64,000 nt of DNA from Podarcis erhardii (Eukaryota). Below, piece by piece: positions 1 through 11,639 of this stretch. The notes beneath the pieces are model-generated. The model made no database searches and was not told where the DNA came from. It was given only the letters and a program-made list of their open reading frames with translations. Each line of letters starts with the position of its first letter. Position 1 is the stretch's first letter. The stretch lies in assembly GCA_964252035.1 (NCBI GenBank), contig OZ176205.1. One strand, 5' to 3'. Made by a program: the position numbers and the translations under genes.

Positions 1-347
1 ATTGATGCATAATTGTGGTTTAGAAAATGACGTATACAGAGGGGCCACTGAATTTGATTGTCAATAGAGAACAGGCGATCCACCAGAGAGAATCTGTTTC
101 CTTCTGGCTCCTATAGACGAAGGTGGCGGCTATTAATTTCGTAGCAAGTAAGGCAAAAAATCAATTCTCTCTATGGCAAGCGGACAAAAGGGAAAGGCAG
201 ACACAGCTCAGGTTTGGCACTCAGAGGGCATAAGAAGGCGAGAGGACAAAAAAAAAAAAGAGCGGGGAAAGAAACAGATGTTGGTTTGTAAAAGAAAAAA
301 GAAGGAGAGAGAGAGGAAGCGTAGGGACATGGCAAAGCCCCCAAACC

Positions 348-464
348 AGAGCACGAGACTCTTAAACTCAAGGTCGTGGGTTCGAAGCCTACGCTGGGCA
401 AAATATTCCTCCACTGCAGGGCCCTCGTGCTCCCTTCCAATTCCACAATTCTGTGATTCTGTGA
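348..464 (+). mobile_element. 5'-truncated tRNA-Lys-derived SINE with CR1-like tail
   Basis: AGAGCACGAGACTCTTAAACTCAAGGTCGTGGGTTCGAAGCC resembles tRNA-Lys(CTT). Tail CCCTTCCAATTCCACAATTCTGTGATTCTGTGA matches the copies at 11915 and 55038. Confidence 0.75.
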
Positions 465-594
465 AACCGGAGGACATCCTCGACAATGGTGGCATATGAC
501 AAAGGCGACCCTAAGCAAACCAAGCCGAGAACGGATGGCCCAGGCAGAAAAGTCCCTTCCTCCCCCCTCTCCCTCCCCCGACGCTGCGGCGGAC

Positions 595-1202
595 CTGCTG
601 GCGGTGCTGAGCGGGGGGCCGAGGCCGTAGAGCATGGCTCGCGCAGGGGGCTGGAGCGGGAGCGCAGGGGCTGCCGTGGGGCTGAGCTGCACCATGCGGG
701 CGTCGCTGCTGGCGTTGCTGCTGCTGCTGCTGAGGCTGGCGCCGGCGGGGGGCGTGCCCGTGCCTGTGCCCGCGGCGGTGGCGGTGGCGAGGGCGAGGGC
801 AAGGGCGCTGGCCGGCTCGGCGCGCTGCGCTCGGCTGTTGGTGCTGCTGCTGTTGATGCTGCTGCCTCCGTCTCGCTCGCGCTGGCTCTGCCTGGCGCCG
901 CTCGGCTCGTCCGCGGCTTTTATAGGGCGCCCGGCGCGCACCAGTTCGATCACGGGCACCGGCGCGGCGGGGGGCGCCGGGCCGGGGGAGGGGGGCGGCC
1001 GGCCTGTCTCCTTGGCAACCCCATTGAGCAGCGCCGGCTCCCCCGGGAGAGCCATCCCCCCGCGCCGCCGATCGCCAACACCGCCGACGCTGTGGCTGCC
1101 CGAGCCCAAGCCCAAGTCCGGCTCGCCGACGCCCTCCGCTGCGGCTCCGGCTCCGTGCGCGGCATCCCGCGGCGGGTCACTGGGGGGCCTCTCCATCAGC
1201 AT
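595..1202 (-). CDS. TAL1: TAL1/SCL first coding exon (N-terminal 202 codons + 2 nt; the bHLH-encoding exons are outside the window to the left)
   Basis: Translation contains MERPPS, LLNGVAKET, PVIEL, RMVQLSP and MLYGL-PL, collinear with human TAL1. Acceptor tttctccccAG|GATG at 1204/1203; donor AG|GTCCGC at 595/594; 608 nt, ending in phase 2. Confidence 0.93.
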
Positions 1203-1309
1203 CCTGGGGAGAAAGAGGGAGAGGAGAGCCGTGAGGGAGGGAGGGGCGCGCGGGGAGGGGGCCGGGGAGGGGGGGAGGGAAAGGAGGAGAAAGGGAAAGT
1301 GTAGGAAGA

Positions 1310-1373
1310 GGAAGGAAGGAAGGAAGGAAGGAAGGAAGGAAGGAAGGAAGGAAGGAAGGAAGGAAGGAAGGAA
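1310..1373 (+). repeat. (GGAA)16 microsatellite
   Basis: Direct read. Confidence 0.97.
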
Positions 1374-2274
1374 GGGGGAGGGAGACGAGGGAGGAAAATT
1401 GCGCGCAGGGTGAAGAAAGGAGAAGGGCGAACGAGACGAGCTTCCAACCCCCCAAAAAGGGCTGGAAGACTGGGAGGAGGAAGGATCGGGAAAGAAAGCG
1501 ACGCCTTCCCCGCCCGCGACGTCGCCCGCTTGTCATTGGCAGCGCAGCGGGCGCCCAGAGGGGTTGGGCACCGGCGCAGGGCCGCTCAGCAGCCGCGGAG
1601 GACAGTTGCGCGGCTAGCCTGGCGCGCCGCGTAGAGCGCGCGGCCCTTGTATGGCCCGGTGGCCGGGCAAGCTCGGGCGGGGACACCCACGCGAATCTAA
1701 GACGGGAGAAGAGGGCAGAGCAAAGGGGGTCCCTTCCCCAACCTCCGGCTCTGAGACTTCCCTGCACCCCAGAAAAGCGAAAGGATTTTCTCTTCAACCT
1801 GCCCTCCATCCTCTTGCGGAAAACTCTTTGCCTGCCCTGCCCGTATCTCGTTTTTGCTTTTTAATTCCACACACGCACCCTTCGGACTTCGTGGCAATCG
1901 GGCGCGCATACCGCGCAAAGGTCTTGCGCGGGTGCGTTTCCTAAGAGAGTGAGGGTGGCCTCGGGGAAGTCATTCTAACAGATATGAGGTGGGTGGGGAG
2001 ATCGGCCGGAGGATCAGATATCTACCATTTGGTGGAAGCAGAGGACGGTGGCAGAGTGACAGTGTCAACCAAAAGAGGAGGAGTTGTGCAGTGGGGAGAA
2101 GGAGAAGGAGACGAAGGGAAGCCAGCAAAGCATCTTTGCTGCTGAAATAAAAAGAAAATCGCCACCATTCGCTGAAGCAGCCTGCGCGGAAGAGAAACTT
2201 TTTCATTTCACATTAATGCCAGGGATAAGGGCGGGGGTGTAATAAGAAATCATATCACAATGGAAGAGTGAAAA

Positions 2275-2342
2275 GGAAGGAAGGAAGGAAGGAAGGAAGG
2301 AAGGAAGGAAGGAAGGAAGGAAGGAAGGAAGGAAGGAAGGAA
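2275..2342 (+). repeat. (GGAA)17 microsatellite
   Basis: Direct read. Confidence 0.97.
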
Positions 2343-4147
2343 TTCACCTGTCTGTAATAACCTCTTAAAAAACAGCGCTGTAACTGGATTCCCATCTTTT
2401 TTATTTATTCTACCGATCCAAAATTAAAATGAAATTAAAACTCGGGTGTTTCTTGAGTGAATCGCAGTGCTGATGTATTCTGTTATGGTGTATTTGCGGA
2501 TAAAAAAGTAAAGCACCCCTGACAGTTAAGTCCAGTCGCGGACGACTCCGGGGTTGATATCAGCTTTTAAATTAACTTTGCATAGCCATATAGATGCCTT
2601 CAACTAATAATACTTTGGGGGGCTAATAAGACTCTCGTCCTGAGTGTTCCGTCTAGCCAACACTTGCCTTGCCTTCCTCGCTGCAACAAAGCGCGAAATA
2701 AAGGCACTTTCCAAAAGTCGGCTGCGCCCAGGCTCTGAGAACAGAGCCAGATTTGTTAACCTCCAAGCGCTCCACGAAGTAGATGAATTATTCCGAACCG
2801 GGGGGCGCGCGCGCACACATACACAGCCAGTTAAATTCGAATATTTGGGCTTCACAACACATTTTAACTCGAATTCTCCCGATTATGTCAATAGGCCTTT
2901 CTCCAAGTAAATGTTGCTATCGGCGATAGTATTGTGATCAACGGAACCAAACGTGTCTCAGTTCCAACTCTTCTGGCCGCCGCCAACCCAGTTTTATTAT
3001 AACGAACGGAGACCCTCCCCCTCGATCGCTTTGCAGCCATCAGATTTCTGGGGATCGCGATGAACTCTAAGGCTATTTGGTGGCACAGACTGCTGCGGGG
3101 GTGGGGAATGGCTTCCGGTTTGATCCAGAAACGCCAAACAACAGGAAGCTGTCTGTGAGCCCAAACTCGGTTTTTCCAACTATCTCCATAATACTTGCAG
3201 AGGGAGCAGCCGTGCTGATATCTTGACACCTCTCCCCGCCCCCCAAAAGGAGTACTGTTGCACCTCAAAGACTAAAATTTATTACGGCATAAGCTTCATC
3301 TTAAATACCTGGGGTTTTGGGGGGGGGATTGTTTTTTAAGACCAGGTAGCCCTTTCAGATGGCAATCCGATATGCACTTAATTGGAAGCAAGTCCCACGA
3401 GAATGAGGGGTGCTATCTTCCGAATATACATCCCTAGAACCTTCGTCCACCCCTCTACACACACACACACAACACATCGCAGGGGTGATTTTCCCGGAGT
3501 CCCTCTGAGTCCAAGGAGATTGGTTCCTGAGGACCGAGTGAAATATATTCAGGATTTCATCCTCAGACCGGCGGTCCTGGTTAGTTAGTGAATGGGTAGA
3601 TCAGGGCTCCCGTTTAAAGCAAGAACAAAACAAAGCACGAAGAAATAGAGGCGTTTGAAACGCAATTTATATTGGGGCTGATTGGCGAAGGGGGCCTAGA
3701 GAAATCCATATTTTATGGTGTTTCGTTTAAATCGCTTAAATGCAGCGGAATTATTCCCGTCCGGCTTTCTCCGCTGAGCTGCGGGCTGTTAATTTCACGC
3801 CTCGAGCATAAATCCGGTCAGCGCCTCGCTCGGCTGCATAGAAAAACCGAGGCTTAAATTGGTTGCTGGCGAACTGAAACCACAACAGCTCCCGGGGATC
3901 GGCCGAGGAGTTGTCTCTGCCCACCCAGCGGGGCTCTCCTCCGAACACTGGCGCGTCGGAAGGCAAGCAAGGCCAGCGGCTGCCGCGGGGAGCGGAACGC
4001 GGGGAGCCCAAGACCATTAAGGGCTGGTGGCCTAACCCAACTCCTACGCTTGTTGGACCTCGAAGGTCAAAACACCACACTGAGTTTCTCGAGTACGTAA
4101 AGAAGGATTCCCAACGCCTTAGCTACTAGTGCACAGGGTCTTAATTA

Positions 4148-4192
<45 letters not shown>
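4148..4192 (+). repeat. (AAT)15 microsatellite attached to a retroposon-tail motif (ATTATTTATACCCC)
   Basis: Direct read; the same adjacent motif occurs near 13230 and 29815. Confidence 0.9.
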
Positions 4193-4197
<5 letters not shown>

Positions 4198-6499
4198 TTT
4201 TTATTATTTATACCCCTTCCAGGATAGCATGGAGAACGTGTAGAATATCTAGCATTCAGACCTGCCTGACTGTCCCCAGACTTATGCTGCAGCCCATAAG
4301 ACCCATGAACTCGATAGTATTTTATCATTTATCTCAACGATTGGTATAGCGCTTGATTGCGGTTGTCTCTGTGTGCAGGAGACCTAACCTATCATAAAAA
4401 GACGAAAGCGAATTAAAACTATAAAATCATAATTCAGTTAGAAAGCATGCAGGAAAATCGACGACAATCTTCAGTAAGTTCAGGGGTGGAAGGACTTGTC
4501 TGGCCTCAACTGGGAGGGAGCTGCACAAAATTAGGCCCCGCAACGTTGAAGGCAGGAGGACTCTTTGTGGTTACAAGTTGAGCATCATCCCAGCCACCGG
4601 GGACGCGCCCCCCCCCCTCAACAGGGACTTCCCTGAAGACCTCAGTAGTCCAGCAGGGATATAATGGATCTGGCGATCCCTGATACCTCTGGGCCGACCC
4701 AAATTGGGAATTAATACAAAGACCCTGAAGCTGACCCAGCAACGAATACGACAAGTGGCTTATATATGCGATTGCCGCTTTGCTGCTCGGAATTAATCAG
4801 TTCGTAAGCTGTGGCAGCAGAGCATCATTTAAACCAAGGGATCTGAAGCCGATTTCAAGGCTTTGTAGGCAGACGGACCTGCCCAAGCCCGGCCCAACCC
4901 TACCAGTGAAGGACCACGCCACCAACAATGTCCTAAACGCCCTCGAAACCAGCAGGATTTCCTTGTTGTCAAAATCTCCGTTTGGGACCGGGGCTTTCCT
5001 CTCCATTCCTTCGGCCTCTGCCGGGATGGGTTGGAAGAGGGAGATCTTTGGATGGCAGCTTTGGAGAGAGTAGGGGGCTGGAGGGGGGCGTCGTGGAGAA
5101 GGAGGAAAACGCCATCAAAATAGCACGACTCTATCTTTGACCAGTCACGACCCCTTCCCTGCTTTCAACTGCCTCGGCAGCAGCACGCACCCAATCCGGC
5201 CGCCTCCTTCCTCCTTTTAATTGGACTTTCTGATACTGTAAGGAGGAGGTAGAATTCGCCTCTGCCAGATGTTAAGCAGCGGCAGCCCCTCGCCTCTTGC
5301 CTCCACAAAGCCCCTCTCATTGTCAAGGCCGCCTCTCCTCCTCCTACCTCGAGGGGGCTTTCGTTTAGGGAGGGGCTGGCCCAGGATGCTGCCTCCTACC
5401 ACGGCTTAAGCAGAGGAAGAAGCATCTCGGATCAGGAGGGATCCGTCCCGGATATGGGGCCGAGGAAGTGGGGTGCGAGGAGAGATATTTAGATCTGGAC
5501 GGGGTAGGGGGTGTATTTATCTAGAAAGCCAGAGGAAAATGAGTGTCTGTGCAAATGGGCCATAACATAATATTTCACATCAATGCTCACATCCCAAACG
5601 CATTCTCGGTCTGAAATAAGTACAGTACAATTGATTTTGATGGGGTTAGTTTCGAAGGAAATGTTAAGGTTCGCAGCCTGGTTTCGATTTCCGGTTCATA
5701 CAATTTTGTACTCTGCCTTTTGTATTGGCTCTTGGGCGCAAAGGAAACGATCGTTTTCTTTCCTTCGACGCTTCCTTCCCATTGTATTGTTGTGGGGGAG
5801 AGGTGTGGGGCTCTTCCTCTTACTTAGAAGGAAGCCGCGATCCCTGCGGTAGTTATTCGCTCTGCTCCTGACACAAGCCCTGGATCTCCAGTAGCCTTGA
5901 GTCTGTCCAACAACGGAACTGCGGGAGAAGCGAGCGGCCAGCAAACTGCAGATAAGTGGCGGAAAAGTCCGGCGCACGTCTTAGCAGGGTCTGGAGGAGT
6001 GAGCTGCGTTTGGGGTTTTGTTGTACGCACGCTGTATCCAGAAAGAAATGTATGAAACGCGAAAATGTGTGTGTTTGGGGGATAGGGAGAGAAGCATTCG
6101 AGAGAAGTGGATTACACGCACACACCATACTGAATTCACCGTCAGCATATGCACTGCTACAAAATCGAGAGATGGCCAGGAGGCGCAAAGGTTGTGTAAC
6201 CTTTGACGTCTGTTAAAGGTTATCTGCGGAGCTTCCATTACGGAGGCAGTCTACCCCTGGTAACCGGATGCCAGAACAAAAGGCAAGAGAGGGGTACTCT
6301 CCTCTTGCCTTTTATTCTAACAATAAGTTACCAGTGCCAAATTTAATTATTTAAAATTTACATGCAGGGGCTGCTTTTAAAAGACAAAATAAAAGAGTTA
6401 CAAAAAGATGATTAAGACATAATAAGGATGGCAGAGGACACCATTTAAAGCTTAAATTGAATTAAACGAGAGTTGTAAACTAGAGTATCATCCAGCTGC

Positions 6500-7230
6500 A
6501 TTAACTATTTATTTATTATTGGACTTATTAGTCTTTTTTACAGACTGTAAACTCAAAACAACTTACAATGTAATCGCAAAACTAAAACCAATATAAAGAT
6601 TCAAAACAACAACAACACCGATATACATTAAAAGCATTCTAACACAACTGACCTACTAAAAAGGGCCGCAATAGCTAAAGAGTCTCCAGGCTAAAGGTCA
6701 GGGGGCGGGGACACGTTCGTGATTGGCTCCTAAAAGCAGCCAGTGATCGCATCAGGCGCAATTCCCCGGAGAGAGCTTTCTATAAACTGGGAGCCACCAC
6801 TGAAAAGTCCCTTCTTGTGTTGTCACCCTGCAGACCTAATTCAGAGGAGGCACATGGAGAAAGAGCTCCCGTGATGATCACAGGGCTGGGGTTGGTTCAC
6901 CTGGGGAGAGGCGGTCTCTGAGGTACTGGGGTCCGGAGTAGCACAAAGCCTTACAGGTCGAAACCAGCACTTTGAATTGAGCTCGGAAACTATTTGTCAG
7001 CCAGCGCAGTCGTGTCAGAATTAGCTTTATACGCTCAGATCATCTTGCGCCCGTCAGCAATGCGGCCGCGGAATTTCGTACCGGTGTGGTTTCTGAACTG
7101 TCTTCAAGGCAGCCTAAAGTATAATGCATTGCAGTAATCTAGCCTAAATACGCATACTTCTGAGATATTCTGCGGCATCTGTCTGGCCACAGTTGCAGAG
7201 AGGCTGCTGAGCCGATGGGCTTGTAAAGGT
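6500..7230 (-). mobile_element. Degenerate L2-type LINE 3' fragment
   Basis: Segments such as AAACCAGCACTTTGAATTGAGCTCGGAAAC and GCATTGCAGTAATCTAGCC resemble the antisense of the L2 ORF2 C-terminus. Recognised from memory; ends approximate. Confidence 0.6.
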
Positions 7231-7563
7231 CATTCTGTTCTGAAGCATAGCTTAACAGCCTTGAGGGGCCGTGGACGTCCTCTCCTACAAAGTTATCACG
7301 CATTTCAAGCGAGATGTGGGTTTCACCATCAGGACAACGCGCAGCCTGCTTGTGTGTTTACCTGATCTATCTGTCAATAAATCAAGGGTGGAAGCGCGAG
7401 TGGAATCCTCTTCAGGGAGGAAGCCTCAGTACAAGCTTCTACACGATCTGGATTTTTTTTGCGTGTAAGCCAATACACGCAGAGGGAAGGAGGAGGAGCT
7501 GCTTGGTAAGGCCCCGCCCCCCGATTTGGACCTAGGCGCCCTTTCTACATTCCCACACAAACG

Positions 7564-7613
<50 letters not shown>
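7564..7613 (+). repeat. (TCTA)12 microsatellite, i.e. (AGAT)n on the TAL1 strand
   Basis: Direct read. Confidence 0.97.
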
Positions 7614-9415
7614 ATCTAAATGCAATGTATTCTTTTGCTTTCAGTTCCTAAGCGCGCAGATGCCATAATTGTGGTGTACATATTTTGATGCAAATATATT
7701 ACTTTTCTGCCCTACTGTATGACACACAACGCTCCCTGTATTAGTAGGCAGATGATAGTCTATTTTATTTATTCTTTGTACCACGAGGAATTAGAGGACT
7801 GTATGCACCAGCATGCTGGCTGCAGGAAACCGAACGAAAAAAGGAAAAGAAAGGAAACATTTGAGCAGGCTAGCGCCTCGCCTTGGCTTTTGGGGCTATA
7901 TTATTCAGAAATACCGTTTTAAGTGAAAATTCGTATGGGGGGGAGGTTTTTAAATTTTATTTTAAGGAACCCGTTTTACAGGAAATGTTCAGAATCGGAA
8001 TTCCTAAAAGACGAAGAAGGGAGCAGGGTGCGCCAAATTCCAGTTCGAAATGTATTGCATTTTCAGCCTTCCGCTGTTTTTATGCACGCGTGCATTAGCT
8101 GAATACTGTAACACGGTACATCTTGACAGCATCTGAATTGGGAGAAACCAAATTCCCACCCTCTGAAATATTGGCCATCTGCAAATAGGTTCTGTTTTAA
8201 GTTAATAAATAATAATCATAAAATAATAATTGCACTGTTCCAAATGAGCTTTCTTAAAGAATCCACCTTGTCTGTTCCCAAATCTTTAGCTTTCTCGCGA
8301 AAAACATGGGACGACAACACAGAGAGGGCCGCCCAAGCCTTCTCTTCGCGGCCTGTTAGGCTGCCACGCACTTCGGTATCCGCTTAAGAGAGATTCTGCG
8401 CCTTCTCAGACAGGCCGTCTTTCCTGGACGCTTCCCATCCCTCTCCTATTAATACCTCGCACCTCTCCGCGCAAAAAACGCATTTCATTTCCATCCCTGC
8501 AAATCCAAGTATCTCAGGGGAAAAGAGAGGCGACGAGAAGCGGGAAACGAGTCTGGATCCTGGGATCTGAGCGCCTGAATCCGCCGGCTAACTCGGTTTG
8601 CCGCCTGCGGACTGGCTTGGCTTCTTTTGTTTTACCGATCCTCAGCCACCACCGTAGACATTTCCCCCGCCTTAAAATACCGGGCCAAGCCTGAGCTTCT
8701 TAGTGCTGGTTATCTACAGTAACAGGGATAAAGTCCAGCTGCAGTCTTCTGTACACGCGTGCCGGGGAGCAGACGTGCAGAGAATGCGGGACCGGATTCG
8801 CACGGAGCCCGCCCGCCTCCCGCTTCCACTTTATTCCGCATTTGCTTCTGGACTCACAGCAGGCCGTTTGCTGGGTGGGAACGGGCTCCAGCACAAAGAA
8901 AAATAGAGAATTTTAAAAATAACAACAGCAACTCCCAGATAGCAAAAGCAGCCGAAGAGCAACTGTCCTGACGGATAGCTGCCTCGTTTCGTTAGCTAAC
9001 CTGAGAAAATCCGGGGGGGTTGCAGTGGAAAGGCGAGGCAGCGAACGGGCAAAGAAATAAAGTGAAAACACACATCCATATAATTTGATATTTCTTTCAT
9101 CCTGCTTTCCTCCCTTCCTCAGTGTGTATATGGGCGTGTGTGTGTGTGCATATATATGTAGATGCACACGTGCGCACGAGAGCGACCTCAGAGTCTGGGA
9201 ATGGCGCGGGGATTTATATATATATGTATGTATTTCTATTACTTCTCTGGCCGCCTCCCATCCCTCTTCTCTGTTTGAGGCAAGGCTTCCTAATCCAGGC
9301 CCACTGGCAGGCCGGCTGCGGATCGAAGATACCCAAAAAACACACACGCACGCACAAAATAACCCGCGAGAAAACAATATCGAGCGCGTCTCGATCGTCT
9401 CTCTCTTTTACTCAC

Positions 9416-9490
9416 CATTTGCTTTTCATTGGTGAAAATGACTGGAGCCATTTTGTGGCCTATTCATGGCGGATAGATGCAATTTTCCCC
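9416..9490 (-). other. TAL1: Candidate TAL1 non-coding 5' exon (exon 1b-like), 3' part
   Basis: Strong donor ATG|GTGAGT at 9416/9415, ~290 nt downstream of the GATA cassette. Preceded by a non-repetitive block with a YY1-like GCCATTTT (9447-9454). The 5' end is unknown. Confidence 0.4.
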
Positions 9491-9694
9491 CCTCTCCCCC
9501 TTTTCCTTTCTCCCCGCCTCCCTCTACCGTAAAAAAAAAGAGAGAAAAAGAAAAAAGATAAAGCAAAAAAAAAAAAAAAAAAAAGGAGAAAAGAGAAAGA
9601 GAGTGTTGGGTGGCTTCGCAGCGCCGGGATCTCATTCCCACATCACGTCCAGTTTCCTATTTAGTATGGAGAGCGGAACACCGGAGCAATGTGG

Positions 9695-9795
9695 CCAAGA
9701 GAGATAAGGCGCTCGCAGTGGCCCGCCTGCCCTGATAAGCCCCTAAACCCATTATTTATGAAATGATTCATTATTATTTGGCAATTTTATCGAAG
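9695..9795 (-). promoter_or_regulatory. TAL1: TAL1 promoter 1a core
   Basis: AGATAA 9702-9707, GC box 9722-9727, TGATAA 9733-9738, AAATGATTCATT 9761-9772 (AATGAATCATTT on the minus strand) and TTATCG 9787-9792. The order matches the GATA/Sp/GATA/AP1-like layout I recall for mammalian SCL promoter 1a. Confidence 0.75.
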
Positions 9796-9872
9796 GAAAG
9801 CGGAAAATTATTGCAGGGATATGCAGAGAGAGGGACTTTGGAATGCATGCCGGATTGCTTTTTTAGACGGGT

Positions 9873-9890
9873 GCGCGCGCGCGCGCGCGC
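9873..9890. repeat. (GC)9 alternating tract
   Basis: Direct read. Confidence 0.95.
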
Positions 9891-11639
9891 AGGGGCGCGC
9901 GTTCAGATGCTCTTTAAAAAGAGACAGGGGAAAAAAAACGTGGGAGGGAAGAGGAGGAATAAAATATTCGCCAGCACTGCCCACATTTGAATAACGATCT
10001 TTTCTTTCAGCTTTCTTGGTGGTTACGATTCTCCCCCACCGGCTTCCTCTGCGTGGCCCCCCCTCACCCGCCCGCCCGCCCGCCTCCACCGCACACCCGG
10101 CATTAAATATGGAACACCTACTCGGCTCTTAATTTAATTTAATGAGCCAAAATAAAATGGATCGAGATATTGAAAAGGGGGAGAAGTGTGCGGGCGTGTA
10201 ACTAAATGGCTGAGGGGAGCAGCACGTCTGGTACAACTGGGTAAACAAAGGGAAGGGATATAAAAAATCCTTCCCTAGCCAATAAATAAAGAAATAAATA
10301 AAATGTGTGGGCATAAACTAGCGATATTTGCTGGTTTAATTTGATATTCGACGGAGGGAAGTGGGGGCAATTAAGGAAATCAGAGGTGGGGGTGCTATTT
10401 AGGAATAAAAGCTCATTGAAGTGCGCAGTTATGGTTATTTTTTAATAACCCGTCAAATATGTAACCTTTTCATGGGAAGGAGATGGGCTAATATTCCGGA
10501 GGGGGGTGGGCATTAAGGCGCTGGGTTGGGAAAGGGACTCAGAACGATCACTGGAGTTAGATGCAGAATTGAGTTGACGGAGCTAAGATCCATAAAGTCC
10601 AGAGGGCTGGTGGATGGAAGAAAAACAAATAGAGCCTTTTTATTCCCGTCTATCCTCTCGGATCCTAAGCAAGTATTAGCAGGATGTGCGTCCCATTCAT
10701 TTTAACAGAGCATCGATGAGCAGTAAATGTCACATTTCCAAACCAAATTTCCTCTCCTTTCAATAGAGTCGTAGGTGTGCAAGGCGCGTTCTCATTTGCA
10801 TCGAACTAGGCGAAAAACAGCTACAGTTAATCTGGAATACATGGAAGCCCTTTTGTGTCGGTGCATTTATCTCAAATCGGTGGGAAGCCGTTTAAGTGTA
10901 CTCCCGGTTAACTACTGCAGAGTAATTACCTCCCTTCGGGATCGATGCAGATATAGCATTCCCGTCCCAGCTGCCTTGAAATAAAAGGATGGAAAATGGA
11001 AGTGACTCCGGGGGTCATTAATAGGCGTTGACATGACTTAGGGATGCGCTCAAGGTTTCTTTTTAAGGCTGTCGCAGCTCCTTTGCAGAACAAGGGCCCT
11101 TAAATCAGTCCAGGAATCGGGGTGAGCGGGTAGGGGACGACGCAGGAGCAGGAGTAGACTTGCTTTGTGTCTGCCACTTACCTTTGGGGAGCTGGCTTCA
11201 GCCTGCTCTCCTCAGACTATTTTGGACTACACGGTGCGACTCAGGAAGGCAAGGCTGATAGTTTTAGGAGACTGTTCTGCGTGATGTATTTGAGATCATC
11301 ATGCTGTTTACACTCAGACGAATCAGTTTAGAAGAGTTCCACCGTATGAAATACAACCTCTGGGCCTTTTATTTACGTCCACACTACACATCAACTACAG
11401 GCGCTATGCTGCGAATCTAGAGGCGCCCTTGTCCTGTGAATCCAATTCCGACTGGGTCCCCCATGAAAATTAAACCCGAAAGTGGCAGCAACCTTAAAAG
11501 AATGGTCGTCTGCCCCGTAATAAATATGCTTTCAGCCAGATTGGCTTGAAATCATCCATTGTCGTCCTTAATACAACATATATTGTTACTTTCCAGCTTC
11601 TAGCGGGGTAGTCTCCTGCCGCAAAAAACCATGGAGATT

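Larger units (their letters stand above)
500..2100. other. CpG island over the TAL1 first coding exon
   Basis: Very high GC and dense CpG, judged by eye; boundaries approximate. Confidence 0.75.

Noticed and set aside
171-594. C-terminal part of the 343-aa ORF 171-1202
   Set aside because: It reads through the splice donor at 594 into intron and SINE sequence and is not TAL1 protein.
389-1809. Long overlapping ORFs around the TAL1 exon (486-1304 +, 634-1413 +, 389-802 -, 1177-1809 -)
   Set aside because: Expected by-products of a GC-rich exon and the stop-free GGAA repeat; low complexity with no recognisable domain.
4500-5945. Candidate TAL1 non-coding exon 2/3 positions (about 4500-4680, 5400-5495 and 5824-5945)
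   Set aside because: Each has some splice-like or faintly human-like sequence, but none could be fixed with both boundaries or the uORF I recall from mammalian exon 3; RNA data are needed.
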